Position numbers and translations under genes: made by a program. Shown here one piece after another: positions 1 through 12,492 of a stretch of DNA of 64,000 nt. Numbering within the stretch: position 1 is the stretch's first letter; every line of letters starts with the position of its first letter. The notes below the pieces were generated by a model. It searched no databases. It was not told the DNA's origin and saw only the letters and a list, made by a program, of their open reading frames with translations. The DNA lies in assembly GCA_951406725.2 (NCBI GenBank), contig OX597840.1, positions 9,796,001 to 9,860,000 of the forward strand, in the 5' to 3' direction. The stretch is from Octopus vulgaris (taxonomy: Eukaryota).

Positions 1-125
1 AAGATGTAATGTATATATGTGTGTATAAGAGGATATATAAGCCTTATATATATATAGCTTGAAATCTAGGGTAGGTGGTGACTAGGTGTGTGATCGGAGG
101 AGGCTGGAGAGAGAGAGAGAGAGAC

Positions 126-176
<51 letters not shown>

Positions 177-649
177 AAGAGGAGAGACAGGCAGACAGGG
201 ACAGAGCAAGGGCAAGCACCTGTACAAAAAGGTGACGAAGCAAAGACAGGTAACATACAGGGTATTAGGAACCCAAGTGGGAAAGTTGAGAGTAAGGATC
301 GGCAGTGGAAGCCCTAGGACAACTATGGTTCAACATTCATATGATCAAAGGCATTCTAGCCATGGCCACCCCACGTTAACTGTCTAGAACTACATTATCC
401 AGTGTACTTTTATTTTTAGCAGATTTGTAACAACCATGAAGGGGTGGGCATGGTTGCAGGGGTTAAGAAGTTCATTTTGCAACCATGTGGTTCGGAGTTC
501 AATCTCACTGCATGATACCCTCAACAGTTCTGGGCTGACCAATGCCTTGTGAGCAAATCTGGTAAATGGAAACTGTGTGGAAGCCCACCAGATAAGTGTG
601 TGTATGTGTGTTTGCCACCCGGCCACCACTGCTTGTTGTTTGTTTGTTC

Positions 650-945
650 CTTCTCGAGCCATGCCTGGTTCATAAGGGCCAGTTTCCCGGTTTCCTTGGC
701 GTATAGGTTCCCCACCTGGACGGGACGCCGGTCCATCGCAGGTGAACTGCAAGATGCAGGAGGAAAGAGGGAGAGAAAGGTGTGGCGAAAGAGTCAGCAG
801 AAGTTTCGCCATTACCTTCTGCCGGAACTGCGTGGATCTTAGGTGTTTCGCTCATAAACACACACACATCGCCCGGTCTGAGATTTGAACCCACAATCCC
901 TTGACTGCGAGTCCGCTGCTCTAACTACTAGGCCATGTGCCTTCA
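650..945 (-). mobile_element. tRNA-derived SINE family C (head tggcctagtggttagagcagcggactcgc)
   Basis: Matches copies at 29628-30020 (+), 42120-43022 (-) and 59850-60152 (-). Confidence 0.8.
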
Positions 946-1477
946 CGCCACCACTGCTTGACAACCAGTGTTGATTTGCTTATGTCCCTGTAACTTAGCA
1001 GCTCAGCAATAGAGACTGACAGAATGAGAACCAGATGTAAAGAGAAAAAAAAAATCAAAAATAAGTCCTGGAGGTTCGATTAAAACATTTCAAAGCAGTG
1101 CTCCAGCATGGCCTTAGTCCAATGACTGAAACAAGTAAAAGACAACAGATAAAAGATGTAGAGGGGGTTTCTCACAAGGGTCCCAGAGAGAAAGGAAAAT
1201 AAAAACTCCATCTTCCTACAGACGTGGAGGGGCTGGGTGGGGGTCAGAGCTATACTGGATAAAGGAAATCAAGTGTGACAGCAGGGAGCAATGAGCTGTT
1301 GTTAAAGGAAGAAGGGGGTTTAAAAGGGGACACATAGAAAGGCTGTTGAAACACACATACACACACACAATACGGTTCTTGCCCCTTCAGTCTTTCAATA
1401 AAACTGAAAGGGGTAGGGAATAGGCAGTTGTCCCCTTGAGAATGAAATGAAGCAAGACAGAATAAAAGAATATATAA

Positions 1478-1845
1478 CTCTTTTACTTGTTTCTGTCATT
1501 TGACTGCGGCCATGCTGGAGCACCGCCTTTAATCGAGCAACTCGACCCCGGGACTTATTCTTTTGTAAGCCCAGTACTTATTCTATCGGTCTCTTTTGCT
1601 GAACCTCTAAGTAACGGGGACATAAACACACCAGCATCAGTTGTCAAGCGATGTTGTGGGGGACAAACACAGACACACACACACATATATATATATATAA
1701 ATACATATATACGATGGGCTTCTTTCAGTTTCCGTCTACCAAATCCACTCACAAGGCTTTGGTCGGCCCGAGGCTATAGTAGAAGACTGAACCCGGAACC
1801 ATGTGGTTGGTAAACAAGCTACTTACCACACAGCCACTCCTGCAC
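1478..1845 (-). mobile_element. tRNA-derived SINE family A (head gagtggctgtgtggtaag, internal microsatellite, tail gaaacaagtaaaagagt)
   Basis: A/B-box head and many near-identical copies in the window; partial copies at ~2100-2255, 3798-3900, 43231-43376, 54013-54175 and 60200-60277. Confidence 0.85.
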
Positions 1846-3251
1846 CTATACTTAAATGTAAGTTATTATTAGTTTCATACTGTATAAACATAATAAACAG
1901 ACAGATTCATAGATAATGCCTTATACTTCCAAGCTATCCTTCAGAGTCAAATACACAACAGCTTGAAGGATTGGTTGTGCCTTCACACCACAGAACCTAT
2001 AGTAGTTCATATTTACTGCGTATATTAAATATTTGTCATTTATCTCTCATTGGATGGACACACACATACACAAATATATATATTTTGATATATATACATA
2101 CGACAGGCTTCTTTCAGTTTCTGTCAGCGAAATCCACTCACAAGGTTTTGGTCAGCCTGGGGTTATAGAAGGCACTTGTCCAAGATGCTAAGCAGTGGGA
2201 CTGAACTCGGAACCATGTGATCGGTAAGCGATCTACTTACCACACACCCACTGGCACGCACAGGAATGCACATATGCACACACATATACATACGTACGTA
2301 CCTATCTACATGCATACACACATACATATACTATTGTATGTGTGTGACTACGTAATTCTGTGATTCCCACGTTAGGAATTGCACCTTACGGCAGAGAAAA
2401 AAAGTGTTGATGTTGCCACAACCGCTGCACTGCCGTAAGGCACAATCCCTAACACGCCAGCTGAATTCAGTTCGTTTTACTGTCGAAAGACGCCTGTTGT
2501 GATGTCCTGTTATTAATATTATTGTTTTTTTCGTATTATTTTTGTATTTATATTCGTGTAACATCGTCCGTTTTTCCGTCCTTGTTTCGTATACATTCGA
2601 AGCTTTTTTCCAAGGAATCTAATGTGCTTAGCTTAGATTTTCCTTGGGGCTGGCCAAATTAGAGCAATCTCAAGATTAAAGGCTTCGAATGACCCGTCTG
2701 TGTTTTTTGTATCGTCTTCTGGATGTTTTGCGTTATAAGGATTCAGTAGAACCAAGGCACACATAGGCTTCCAGAAATGGCTAGAATCAATAACGTAATA
2801 ACGCAGAATTCACAGTGAATTAAACAACAATGAAGGAACCAAGAGTTGGCAGGATACTGTAGATATGCAAATACTGAATCCATAAACCATAAATACGACT
2901 CAGGGGTTGGCCCTAGGTGTGACATAATAATAAAAATGACAACATAAATATCATAAATCTTAAATGCCATTTCTGCGCTCTTATATACATACAGTAAGGG
3001 GGAAATAAATATTCGTACATGTCAAAATTCTTTATTTATTTAATTTCTAACGGACATAAACGGGATGTACCAATACTATATTTGCATACACATGCATAAA
3101 CTAAGAATATGCAAAAGAAACTAATAAATCATAGTAACTAAGGAATTTATATAACCAAGAAAAACGATTTTACAAACGCACATTCCCATGACTTTATTGA
3201 TCGCATTCTCACCTGGAATCGATTTTTGTAATTTTTTTCAAGACTTTTCAA

Positions 3252-3665
3252 GGCGTAGGAGTAGCTGTGTGGTAAGTAGCTTGCTTACGAACCACATGGT
3301 TCCAGGTTCAGTCCCACTGCGTGGCACCTTGGGCAAGTGTCTTCTACTATAGCCTCGGGTCGACCAAAGCCTTGGGAGTGGATTTGGTAGACAGAAACTG
3401 AAAGAAGCCCATCGTATATATGTATATATATATACATATATGTATGTGCGTGTCTGTGTTTGTCCCCCCCAACATCGCTTGACAACCGATGCTGGTGTGT
3501 TTACGTCCCCGTAACTTAGCGGCTCGGCAAAAAAGAGACCGATAAAATAAGTACTAGGCTTACAAAGAATAAGTCCTGGGGTCGATTTGCTTGAGTAAAG
3601 GTTGTGCTCCAGCATGGCCACAGTCACATGAATGAAACAAGTAAAAGTGTAAAGAGTAAAAGAGA
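3252..3665 (+). mobile_element. SINE family A
   Basis: Full-length match to the other copies. Confidence 0.85.
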
Positions 3666-3942
3666 GACTTATACATGCCCTGATACTGTCGGTATCTACA
3701 TATCAAATTTGAGCGCAATCAGATGGAGGATGCCCGAGATCCTAGAAGACACACACACAGGCAGACAGAACGGATTTTATATAATAGATATATATAAGCA
3801 GGTGTAGCTGTGTGGTTGGGCTATGTTTTACCATAGCCCTGGGCTAACCAAATCCTGGTGGGTAGATTTGGCAAATGGAAACTAAAGGAAGCCCATTATA
3901 TGCATGTCATCATTTAACTTTGTACGGCAAGCATTTGATTAA

Positions 3943-4163
3943 CCCTTTTGTTACCTTATTTCTATTGAGATACTCTGTGTTTCTTTCAATTACTTTAAAT
4001 ATAACAAAGAATTTAGTAAAATAACTTAGTTATCATTCAGCTAGTGTTAGGAACATAAATTGTGACTAAGGTTTGGTGGAAGATTTTAATTCTGAACTTA
4101 TGAAAACAAGACATTTGTACTACAGAGCCAGAGCCGGTTTCAGCCGGGTTAGTAACGAAAGGG
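3943..4163. mobile_element. piggyBac-type MITE with TTAA target-site duplication
   Basis: TTAA|CCCTTTTGTTAC ... GTAACGAAAGGG|TTAA. An empty-site paralogue is present at ~8660. Confidence 0.85.
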
Positions 4164-4794
4164 TTAAAAAAAGATCCGACCGTGACTATCCCCTTTTTAA
4201 GGACCCCCTCAATGTCTTTTTACAGTTTTTTATTTACATTTTTACCTTCAAATCACGGTGTAACTTGAAGGTAGATTTGACTGCTATTCCTAGCAGATCC
4301 AGCCACAACACAAGATTCTCTGAGATACATAATCAGCGACATTCTAACCATGATCATCTCGCCTGGCGTGATCACGGTTGGACCGTTATTGTTTAGCCCT
4401 AGGTCAGTCTGTCCTGATTTAGGAGACGTATATGATCACAGGCAATGGGTTAGAAAATTTGGCCAGAGCTGATAAGCTGGAGAGATTATCCAGCCGTTTG
4501 GTTTAGTATTATTTCTACAGCTGGATGCCCTTCCTAATGCCAACCACTCCAAAGTGTGTACTGGATGCGTTTTTCTATGGCATCAGCATTATTGAGGTCA
4601 CCATGTCACAGACAAGTCAACAAACCCCAAGGAGGGAGGAAGCTGTCTGTGTATATTAAATAGGGGTTAAAATGTGAGGGAAGAGGTTGAGGGTAGAGCA
4701 GGTCCTTACTGTAGGGCAGCCACATGGCTACTCACAATTATGAGTAGAGAATGAATTAGAGGTATCTTCAAGGAGAAAAACAGTGGTGATGAGG

Positions 4795-5583
4795 TGTGTG
4801 TATGTGTGAACCCTTGTCGAGACATCACGTGATGGTTGTAAAGGAGTATCACCATCATAGAAACAGGGTTGCTTACCCTAAATCCTCGAGTATAGTCCGC
4901 CCTTGAGTATAATATGCAGGGGATTTTTAGGGGGTTGTGTGTGAGTATGTGTGAACCCTTGTCGAGACATCACGTGATGGTTGTAAAGGAGTATCACCAT
5001 CATAGAAACAGGGTTGCTTACCCTAAATCCTCGAGTATAGTCCGCAGGGGATTTTTAGGGGGTTGTGTGTGAGTATGTGTGAACCCTTGTCAAGACATCA
5101 CGTGATGGTTGTAAAGGAGTATCACCATCATAGAAACAGGGTTGCTTACCCTAAATCCTCGAGTATAGTTCACCCTTGAGTATAATACGCAGGGGATTGT
5201 GTGTGAGTATGTGTGAACCCTTGTCGAGACATCACGTGATGGTTGTAAAGGAGTATCAGCATCATAGAAACAGGGTTGCTTACCCTAAATCCTCGAGTAT
5301 AATACGCAGGGGATTTTTAGGGGGTTGTGTGTGAGTATGTGTGAACCCTTGTCGAGACATCACGTGATGGTTGTAAAGGAGTATCAGCATCATAGAAACA
5401 GGGTTGCTTACCCTAAATCCTCGAGTATAATACGCAGGGGATTTTTAGGGGATTGTGTGTGAGTATGTGTGAACCCTTGTCGAGACATCACGTGATGGTT
5501 GTAAAGGAGTATCACCATCATAGAAACAGGGTTGCTTACCCTAAATCCTCGAGTATAATACGCAGGGGATTTTTAGGGGGTTG
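4795..5583. repeat. Tandem array of 6 copies of ~127-141 bp (flank plus left end of the pogo-type MITE)
   Basis: Repeated unit gtgtgaacccttgtcgagacatcacgtgatgg...taccctaaatcctcgagtata...caggggattt. Confidence 0.9.
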
Positions 5584-5754
5584 TACCTCTGAAAAACCTA
5601 TACCTTGTGTATAATATGCACCCCTTCTCTAACTTGAGTCGTGCGTAATTAAGTTAGTAGCACCTAGTCGAACAAACACTTCCACGCATGCGTAGTGATT
5701 TTGACCGTTAAATTTTGGGAAAAAAATGCGGATTATACTCGAGGATTTACGGTA
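5537..5754. mobile_element. pogo/Tc1-mariner-type MITE
   Basis: TIRs TACCCTAAATCCTCGAGTATAAT and ATTATACTCGAGGATTTACGGTA (one mismatch). Confidence 0.75.
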
Positions 5755-5959
5755 TTTCTTGTCTCCCACAGAAAACCTGCCTGGCTAGAGGAATATATTA
5801 GCTTGTCTGGAAACAGGTGAGGATTGGTGACAGGAAGGGCAAAGGGTATCATATGGCTGTAGAAAATCTGACTCAACAAGTTCCATGTAACCCATTCAAG
5901 CTTGGAAAAAATGAACATTAAAATGACAATAATGAGATATATATTATATATTCGTGCGG

Positions 5960-6322
5960 TACGTGGTCGTTGCCAGCGCCGCCTCGAATGGCCTTCATCA
6001 TGCTGGTGGCACGTAAAAAGCACCAACCTATCGTGGCCGTTGCCAGCCTCGCCTGGCACCTGTGCTGGTGGCACGTAAAAAGCACCATCCAAACGTGGCC
6101 GTTGCCAGCGCCGCCTTGAATGGCCTTCATCATGCTGGTGGCACGTAAAAAGCACCCACTGCACTCACGGAGTGGTTGGCATTAGGAAGGGCATCCAGCT
6201 GTAGAAACACTGCCGAATCAAACTGGAGCCTGGTGCAGCCTCCTGGCTTCCCAGACCCCGGTTGAACCTTCTAACCCATGCTAGCATGGAAAATGGATGT
6301 TAAACGATGATGATGATGATGA

Positions 6323-6364
<42 letters not shown>

Positions 6365-7400
6365 GTGGTGGTTATGGCGATAATGATGACAGCAGTGGTG
6401 GTGGAGGTGGTGATAACGATGTTTATAACGATGATGATGTTTTAGGCATTAGGAAGGGCATCCAGCTGTAGAAACACTGCCGAATCAAACTGGAGCCTGG
6501 TGCAGCCTCCTGGCTTCCCAGACCCCGGTTGAACCTTCTAACCCATGCTAGCATGGAAAACGGACGTTAAATGATGATGATGGAATATACTCTGTTGCTT
6601 TTGTTCTATGTCCTTAAATGAAATTTCCCGATCAACAGAAATAATTCAACTTTTCTTTTATAGACAAGTTTCTGGTGAATGCTGATCCGTTCCAAGTGCA
6701 GCAGTTTTATGAGGTGGTATCGAAAAGTTCCCTGCACTAGTTCTGAAGCGCACAAACAGAGGGCAACATATGGTTGTGTGCATAGTAAGAGCTAGCAGGG
6801 ACCTTCATGAGGCCATGTGCTGAGTGATATTGTTGTGTTTACTTTGCAAGTTGTGAATTTTGTGTTTTTTGGCACCCTTGCTAGCGGGGTGCAAAGAGCA
6901 CCATACGAGTGTGATCGTTGACAGAGTGGCTGAGTGGCTTCTGTGCCAGTGGAACTTAAAGGGTACCATTCGAGCGTGATTGTTACCAGCGTCGCCTTAC
7001 TGGCACTTGTGCCCTGTGCTAGTAGGGTGCTAAGAGCACCATCTGAGCGAGATTGTTGCCAGAGCAGCTAACTGGCTTCCGTGCTGGTGGCACGTAAAAG
7101 GCACCATTCGAGCATGATTGTTACCAGCATCGCCTTACAGGCACCTGTGCCATTGGCAAGTGTAAAAAGATTCGAGTGAGGTCGTTGCCAGTACCGCCTG
7201 ACTGGCCCCCGTGCTGGTGGCACGTAAAAAGCACCCACTACACTCCCGGAGTGGTTGGTGTTAGGAAGGGCATCCAGCTGTAGAAACTCTGCCAGATCAA
7301 GATTGGAGCCTGGTGCAGCCATCTGGTTCGCCAGCCCTCAGTCAAATCATCCAACCCATGCTAGCATGGAAAGCAGACGTTAAACAATGACGGTGATAAT
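5960..7400 (+). mobile_element. Cluster of RTE-type 3'-end repeats with (GAT)n tails
   Basis: gtggcacgtaaaaagcaccc...ggttggcattaggaagggcatccagctgtagaaac...catgctagcatggaaa..gacgttaaacgatgat. Further copies at ~15410-15575, 17755-18070, 19545-19750, 37040-37380 and 43817-44020. Confidence 0.7.
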
Positions 7401-8032
7401 CTACAAGAGAGCCCTAAGGATATGATTGACCAGCACTGACCAGGGGCTAAGCAACACCACCACATTGTACTTCAGCCAATAAGACACCTATGTGGTTCAT
7501 TTGATCTACAGGAAATAGCAACCAAATTTTCCTTCAATCACACAATCTCTTCTTAATGTGGTCTTGGGATGGCTACGACTAGAACGTCTTTGATCATAGA
7601 TCTACACGAGCAGGGCCAACCTAGGGCTAAACAAGAGCAAGTGATTACACTGATGCATTTAGCAAAAACTACTACAATTCTACAACAGACAAAGACAGGA
7701 GGGTCATGGCTGGTAATGTCATTGAACATAGATGATAGCTGACACCAGAAGACTCTTCCTGGTTGGTGGGTCTGCTAGAAATGGCAACTAATTCTCCATC
7801 AACTCAAACCCTGCATTCACAAAGAAATGGACATATTTGATACTGTAATCCCAGATACTGATGAAATGGTCACGCCTGGATTGTCTTTCAACATTGGTCT
7901 ACTCGATCAGGATAGACCCGTGGTTAAATAATAATATTGCACATTGTATAATGTAGTCTTAGGCGTGATGGGTCATAGTTGGACCATCTTTGATTTTGTC
8001 TCTTAAGAAGGACAGACAGACAGACCTAAGGC

Positions 8033-8232
8033 CGGTACCACTTAAGAAGAGTGGTCCCGGTGCGCGCACTCGCGCATCCGCGCTAGCTAGTCGTGACTAG
8101 TCGATCCTTTGTGTTTTTGTTTTATTTACTTTGCTAGGTAGTCGTTGTAGGATCGACTAGTCACGTCTAGCTAGCGCGGATGCGCCAGTACGCGAGTGCG
8201 CCCACCGGGACCACTCTTCTTAAGTAGCACCG
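8033..8232. repeat. GC-rich fold-back palindrome (~75-bp arms, 40-nt loop)
   Basis: 8033-8108 is a near-perfect reverse complement of 8149-8232. Confidence 0.9.
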
Positions 8233-8909
8233 CACATTGTATAATGTAGTCTTAAACGTGATGGTCATAGTTGGACCACACTAGCGTAATTAGAACCAAC
8301 ATTACTATAGACAAAAACGGATTCACAACAGTTTACGTCAACAGAACCAACAATACACAGAAGTGGCGTGCGTGGTCACGGTTGGATTGCCTGTGATCAT
8401 ATACGTCTCCTAAATCAGGACAGACTGACCTAGGGCTAAACAATAATGGTCCAACCGTGATCGTCCCAGGCGGGACGATCACGGTTGGAATGGCGTTGAT
8501 TATGTCTCCAGGGGAATCTTGTGTTGTGGCTGGATCTGCTAGAAATAGCAGTCAAATCTACCCCAAGTTACACCGTAAATTAAAGGAAAAATGTCAATAA
8601 AAACCCGAAAAAAGACATTGAGGGGTCCTTAAAGAGGGGATAGTCACGGTTGGATTCTTTTTTAATCAAATGTTTGCCGTACAAAGGCAGAGAATGTTTA
8701 TATTAGGAGATTGTTAAATAAACAACGGCCACGAAACGTCGCTACCACGCCATCTTACAGGGTATATATACAGATATCTCGCTTTATGCGTGTATAAAGG
8801 GTAGCACGGGTGGATTATACATACATTTGTGTGGATAATTCAGTGAAATATTTGTGGAGAAAAGCAGTGGGTGTACATAAAAAAGACGGATATAAAAGGC
8901 TGGACTCAC

Positions 8910-8937
8910 CCAGGGACATGTCGATCTTATCGGCCAT
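8910..8937 (-). CDS. ALYREF: First coding exon (MADKIDMSL + 1 nt) of an ALYREF/THOC4-like mRNA export adaptor; later exons not found in the window
   Basis: Minus strand reads aagATG GCC GAT AAG ATC GAC ATG TCC CTG G|GTGAGT, a consensus donor. The peptide matches the N-terminal UAP56-binding motif MADKMDMSLDDII of ALYREF. The same motif occurs in FYTTD1/UIF, so orthology is not certain. CpG-rich context. Confidence 0.65.
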
Positions 8938-9090
8938 CTTAGCGACGTCTGGTTTCTTGTTGTTGTCGGAAATGGACGGAAAACAACGAATTATTCCGGA
9001 AGCGTGTACACTCACACACGCACAACCAGCAACAGCCGCGACGTGGAGGGAAGGGCAGGCCGATCGTTCGGGTCGGGTCTGCTAGAAATA
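8938..9090 (-). promoter_or_regulatory. Probable promoter/5'UTR of the ALYREF-like gene
   Basis: CpG-rich islet in AT-rich DNA, with an ETS-type CCGGAAG at ~8996-9002 and a YY1-like AAGATGGC overlapping the start codon. Confidence 0.45.
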
Positions 9091-9489
9091 GCAGCAAAGG
9101 TTTCAAAGTCTATCTCTCTCTCTCTCGGATAATAAACTCTTTGTGTTCTATAAGATATGTGAAGGATACATATTCATAATGTCTGAAAGAAAATCAGAAG
9201 GGAAAAAACATATAAAAACAAGTATTGAGGTTGAAAATGGTTTAGGTTTGAAAAAAATGTATCGAAATATAAAAGAGATGAATTAAATTATTAGCAATAT
9301 AATACAAAAATATATAATTAAAAGTAATTTAAATGTTATTATAAAATATTATGTAAGAGAAGTAAAAAAAAATAATACTTTAAAAGAATTTTTTAAAAAA
9401 TAGTTCTCCACATCTCCGCGTTCGGTTCACTTACGACACTGGTTCCGATATCGAACGTGGCGTTGTCGGAGAGAACGTCACCCTCTCAC

Positions 9490-10305
9490 TATTACTCTTT
9501 ATATTTTCATCTATTTGTCTCTCTATCTCTCTCACTTTCCATCTCCATCCCCCTCTTCGTATACGTCTCTCTCTCTCTCTCTCTCTGTCTTACACCTCTC
9601 GCTATCACTTTTTATTCACAGCCTCATCTCTCTCTTACACCCTCTCTCATTCTATTTCTTTCTCTTTGTCATCCTCTTACTCACTCTCACTCTTTATCTC
9701 CCTCTTACTGTCGGTCCTACTTTCCCTCCTACACATCTTAGTGTCTCTCTCTTACACACAGATACGCCCTCTCTTTGCCTGTCTTTCTCTCTTCCTTTTC
9801 TTACAATTTGTGTCACTCTCTCTCTCTCTCTCTGTCTCTCTCTTACACCGTTCCCTGTCTCTTTATCTTATTCTCGTTAACCCTCTTTCACTATCCTTGT
9901 ATTTCTCTCTCCCACACCCTCTTCTTCTGTATCTGTCTTTCTAACATCCCGTCTACGTGTACCTCTCTCCATCACTCTTTTACTCTCTATGTACCCTCTA
10001 CCTTCTCTGTAGATATTTCTCTCACATCCTCTTTCTATCTCTCTATCTCTTTCTCACTCCCACTCTTTCTGTCTCTGTACCTCTATCTCACACCCTCTTT
10101 ATATCTCCATATCTCTCTACCTCTCTCGTTACCTCTATATCTCTTACTGCCTGTCTATCTCTCTCTATATAATTACATAATCTCTTCCTCCTCCCCTCAC
10201 TATATTTATAGCTCCCTCTCTTGCCCACACTCTCTCACTATATCTTTATTTCTTTTTCTTACACCTCGCTCTTTTGTCTCTCTCTTTCTTCCTTTCTCCC
10301 TTCTC
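9490..10305. repeat. Degenerate CT-rich low-complexity tract
   Basis: About 800 nt of pyrimidine-rich simple sequence. Confidence 0.85.
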
Positions 10306-10512
10306 TTTAAATTTTACGGAAAATACCGAAAGTTTACAAATGTTTTAATTGGACAAATTGTGAAGGGTCCAGTAAAAAGACTACGATCGAGTAACGTTAC
10401 CCACGCAATTAGTCAATTAAACCTCCCTCAAGGAAATGTTCAGATTCTATTATTATTTATTTATTTTAGATTCTAAACTTTAGAATCTAAAATATATAAG
10501 TAATAATAATAC

Positions 10513-10604
<92 letters not shown>

Positions 10605-10864
10605 TAATAATAATAAAAAAATACTTTTAAACTTTGTATAAGGTAGAATGTGTTTATAAAACATCTTTTCTCTTGGCTTTCTTGAGAAAATTCTGTAGTT
10701 TGTAAGCTATTTGCTGTTTAATTTCTTGCATTTCGGGAATTTCAACCAATCCCTAAAGGTTTCATTAAGTGTGACTTTAGCTAAATTCAAAATCATTTCA
10801 GTATTTCTGGTGGACTTAGAGTGATGCTTCTAGGCTGCTCTCTTTAAACCCTCTTGGTCCCTTG

Positions 10865-11435
10865 TTAAGTTAAGTTAAATTAGTTAATTTTTTGGCTCAA
10901 AAAGCAAAAAGCAAGGCCATGTAGGGGGACATGGAGTTATGTACAGGGTGGTGTTCATGCTAAGAGTTCAGGCCATTTCTGGTCAAGGGAAACTTTGAGC
11001 CGAGCAGTCGTCAGCACCTTCATTATCTCATCCGGCAGCTTATTCCACAGATCCCTAACCCGGATAGAGGAAGCCCCTCTCCTTCGATTGAGATGAAATC
11101 GTCGCAGATAGAGCTTTTCGGAGTGACCCCGCAGCCGACGCTCTGGAGCAGGAGTGAAAAACAGCTTTTTCGAGAGGTTACACTTTCCGCTTATGATGTT
11201 GTGAGCGAGAATGAGATCACCACGGCGTCGTCGTTTTTCTAGAGAATAAAGGTCGAGCGTCTTCAGCCTTTCTTCATAAGACAAATGCTTGAAACCAAGA
11301 ACCATGCAGGTAGCCAGCTTCTGGACTCTTTCGAGATGATGTATGTCTTTGAGGAGATAAGGAGAAGAGGCTTGAATCCCGTACTCCAATATGGGTCTCA
11401 CCAGCGTGGCATAGAGCGGTAGGAATATGGCTGCT
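10865..11435 (-). mobile_element. CR1/L2-group LINE 3' end (RT C-terminus plus short tandem tail)
   Basis: LYATLVRPILEY...LERVQK.AT...LSYEERL..LDLYSLEKRRRRGDLI...RLRGHSEKL, then a (TAACT)n-like tail. Confidence 0.85.
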
Positions 11436-11764
11436 GTGAACAAACAAAAGTTAAGGTCTTTCTTTCTCTCCTTTGGAAGCAACTCCACTATTAAATGTCT
11501 CCTAACTGTGATTACGGTATCAGACACAGCTTGGCAGTTCTTGTCCTCAACTCTCTGCCATGCAAAGTGATGGACATCGCAACTGTAAACTGCTTACATT
11601 GGTTGGCATCATCTGCTGTCTTTCCCCAGTTGATTTGGTTTTTGGGATCTCAGGCTGGTGCTTAGTTCTTCTGGCATTTACACGGAGAAGTTCTCTGGTA
11701 AGAATTAACACATCCAGAAGACTTTCATGAATATGAATAATTCTTCATCTTAATCCACAACATA

Positions 11765-12166
11765 TCTTTATATATAAAAGTGAAGTTGTGTGAGTGTCTG
11801 TCTCCTACGATTTAGATTCCTAACTACTCCCACATTTTGCGGTGCAGTTTAACCAAAACCGGGTATCTTATAGTCGTGATTCATATCGAGCCCTTCTGGG
11901 TATTAGCGCGCGTCTACGATGAGTCTACGATTTAAAAAAAGATTTACCATCACTTTTTCCATTTTAATGCATTTTTTCGCTATTATATAAGGGAAGTAAC
12001 TCTCTAAAAATGTCTACGATGAATCAACGATTTAAAAAAAAATTTATCATCATTTTTTTTTCCATTTTTAATGCATTTTTTTGCTATTTTTTGGCTATAA
12101 CTTTCTAAAAATGCTTATATAGTTATTTCCCTTACAAATCTGAGCAACGCCGAGCGATACTGCTAG
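11765..12166 (+). mobile_element. Non-autonomous Helitron-like element
   Basis: Begins A|TC(T)TTATATATAAAAG and ends GAGCAACGCCGAGCGATACTGCTAG|T: 5' TC, 3' CTAG, inserted between A and T, no TSD. Confidence 0.6.
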
Positions 12167-12214
12167 TATATATATATATGTAAATGTAATATGTGACAAT
12201 TATTCGGTAGCCAT

Positions 12215-12275
12215 GATAAAACACCGAGTTTCGGATACCGAGGTGGAAATCCACACTGCCATCTCTTCAGTTATC
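12215..12275 (-). ncRNA. Hammerhead ribozyme motif (second family) within a fold-back repeat
   Basis: Minus strand: GAUAA-CUGAAGA-GAUG...UAUC(C)-GAAAC-UCGGU-GUU-UUAUC, with helix I GAUAA/UUAUC. Related, more mutated copies lie at 44630-44770. Confidence 0.55.
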
Positions 12276-12492
12276 CGGCCATCAGAAAAATGCTATGAAA
12301 AATTACCGTTATAATGAAACTCGGAGTTTTATCATGGCTACCGAATAATTGTCACACATTACATTTACAGATAAATTTCCTCTATTTACATAATATCGAG
12401 GACTCTTTCTTTCTTTTGTTGTCTTACCATTTTTTATCATGGCGATTTTTTTTTTCTCCGTCTTCCCTTCTCTGGATCTTTCCTTCTCCTAT

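Noticed and set aside
9457-10476. Ser/Leu-rich ORFs
   Set aside because: CT-rich low-complexity tract.
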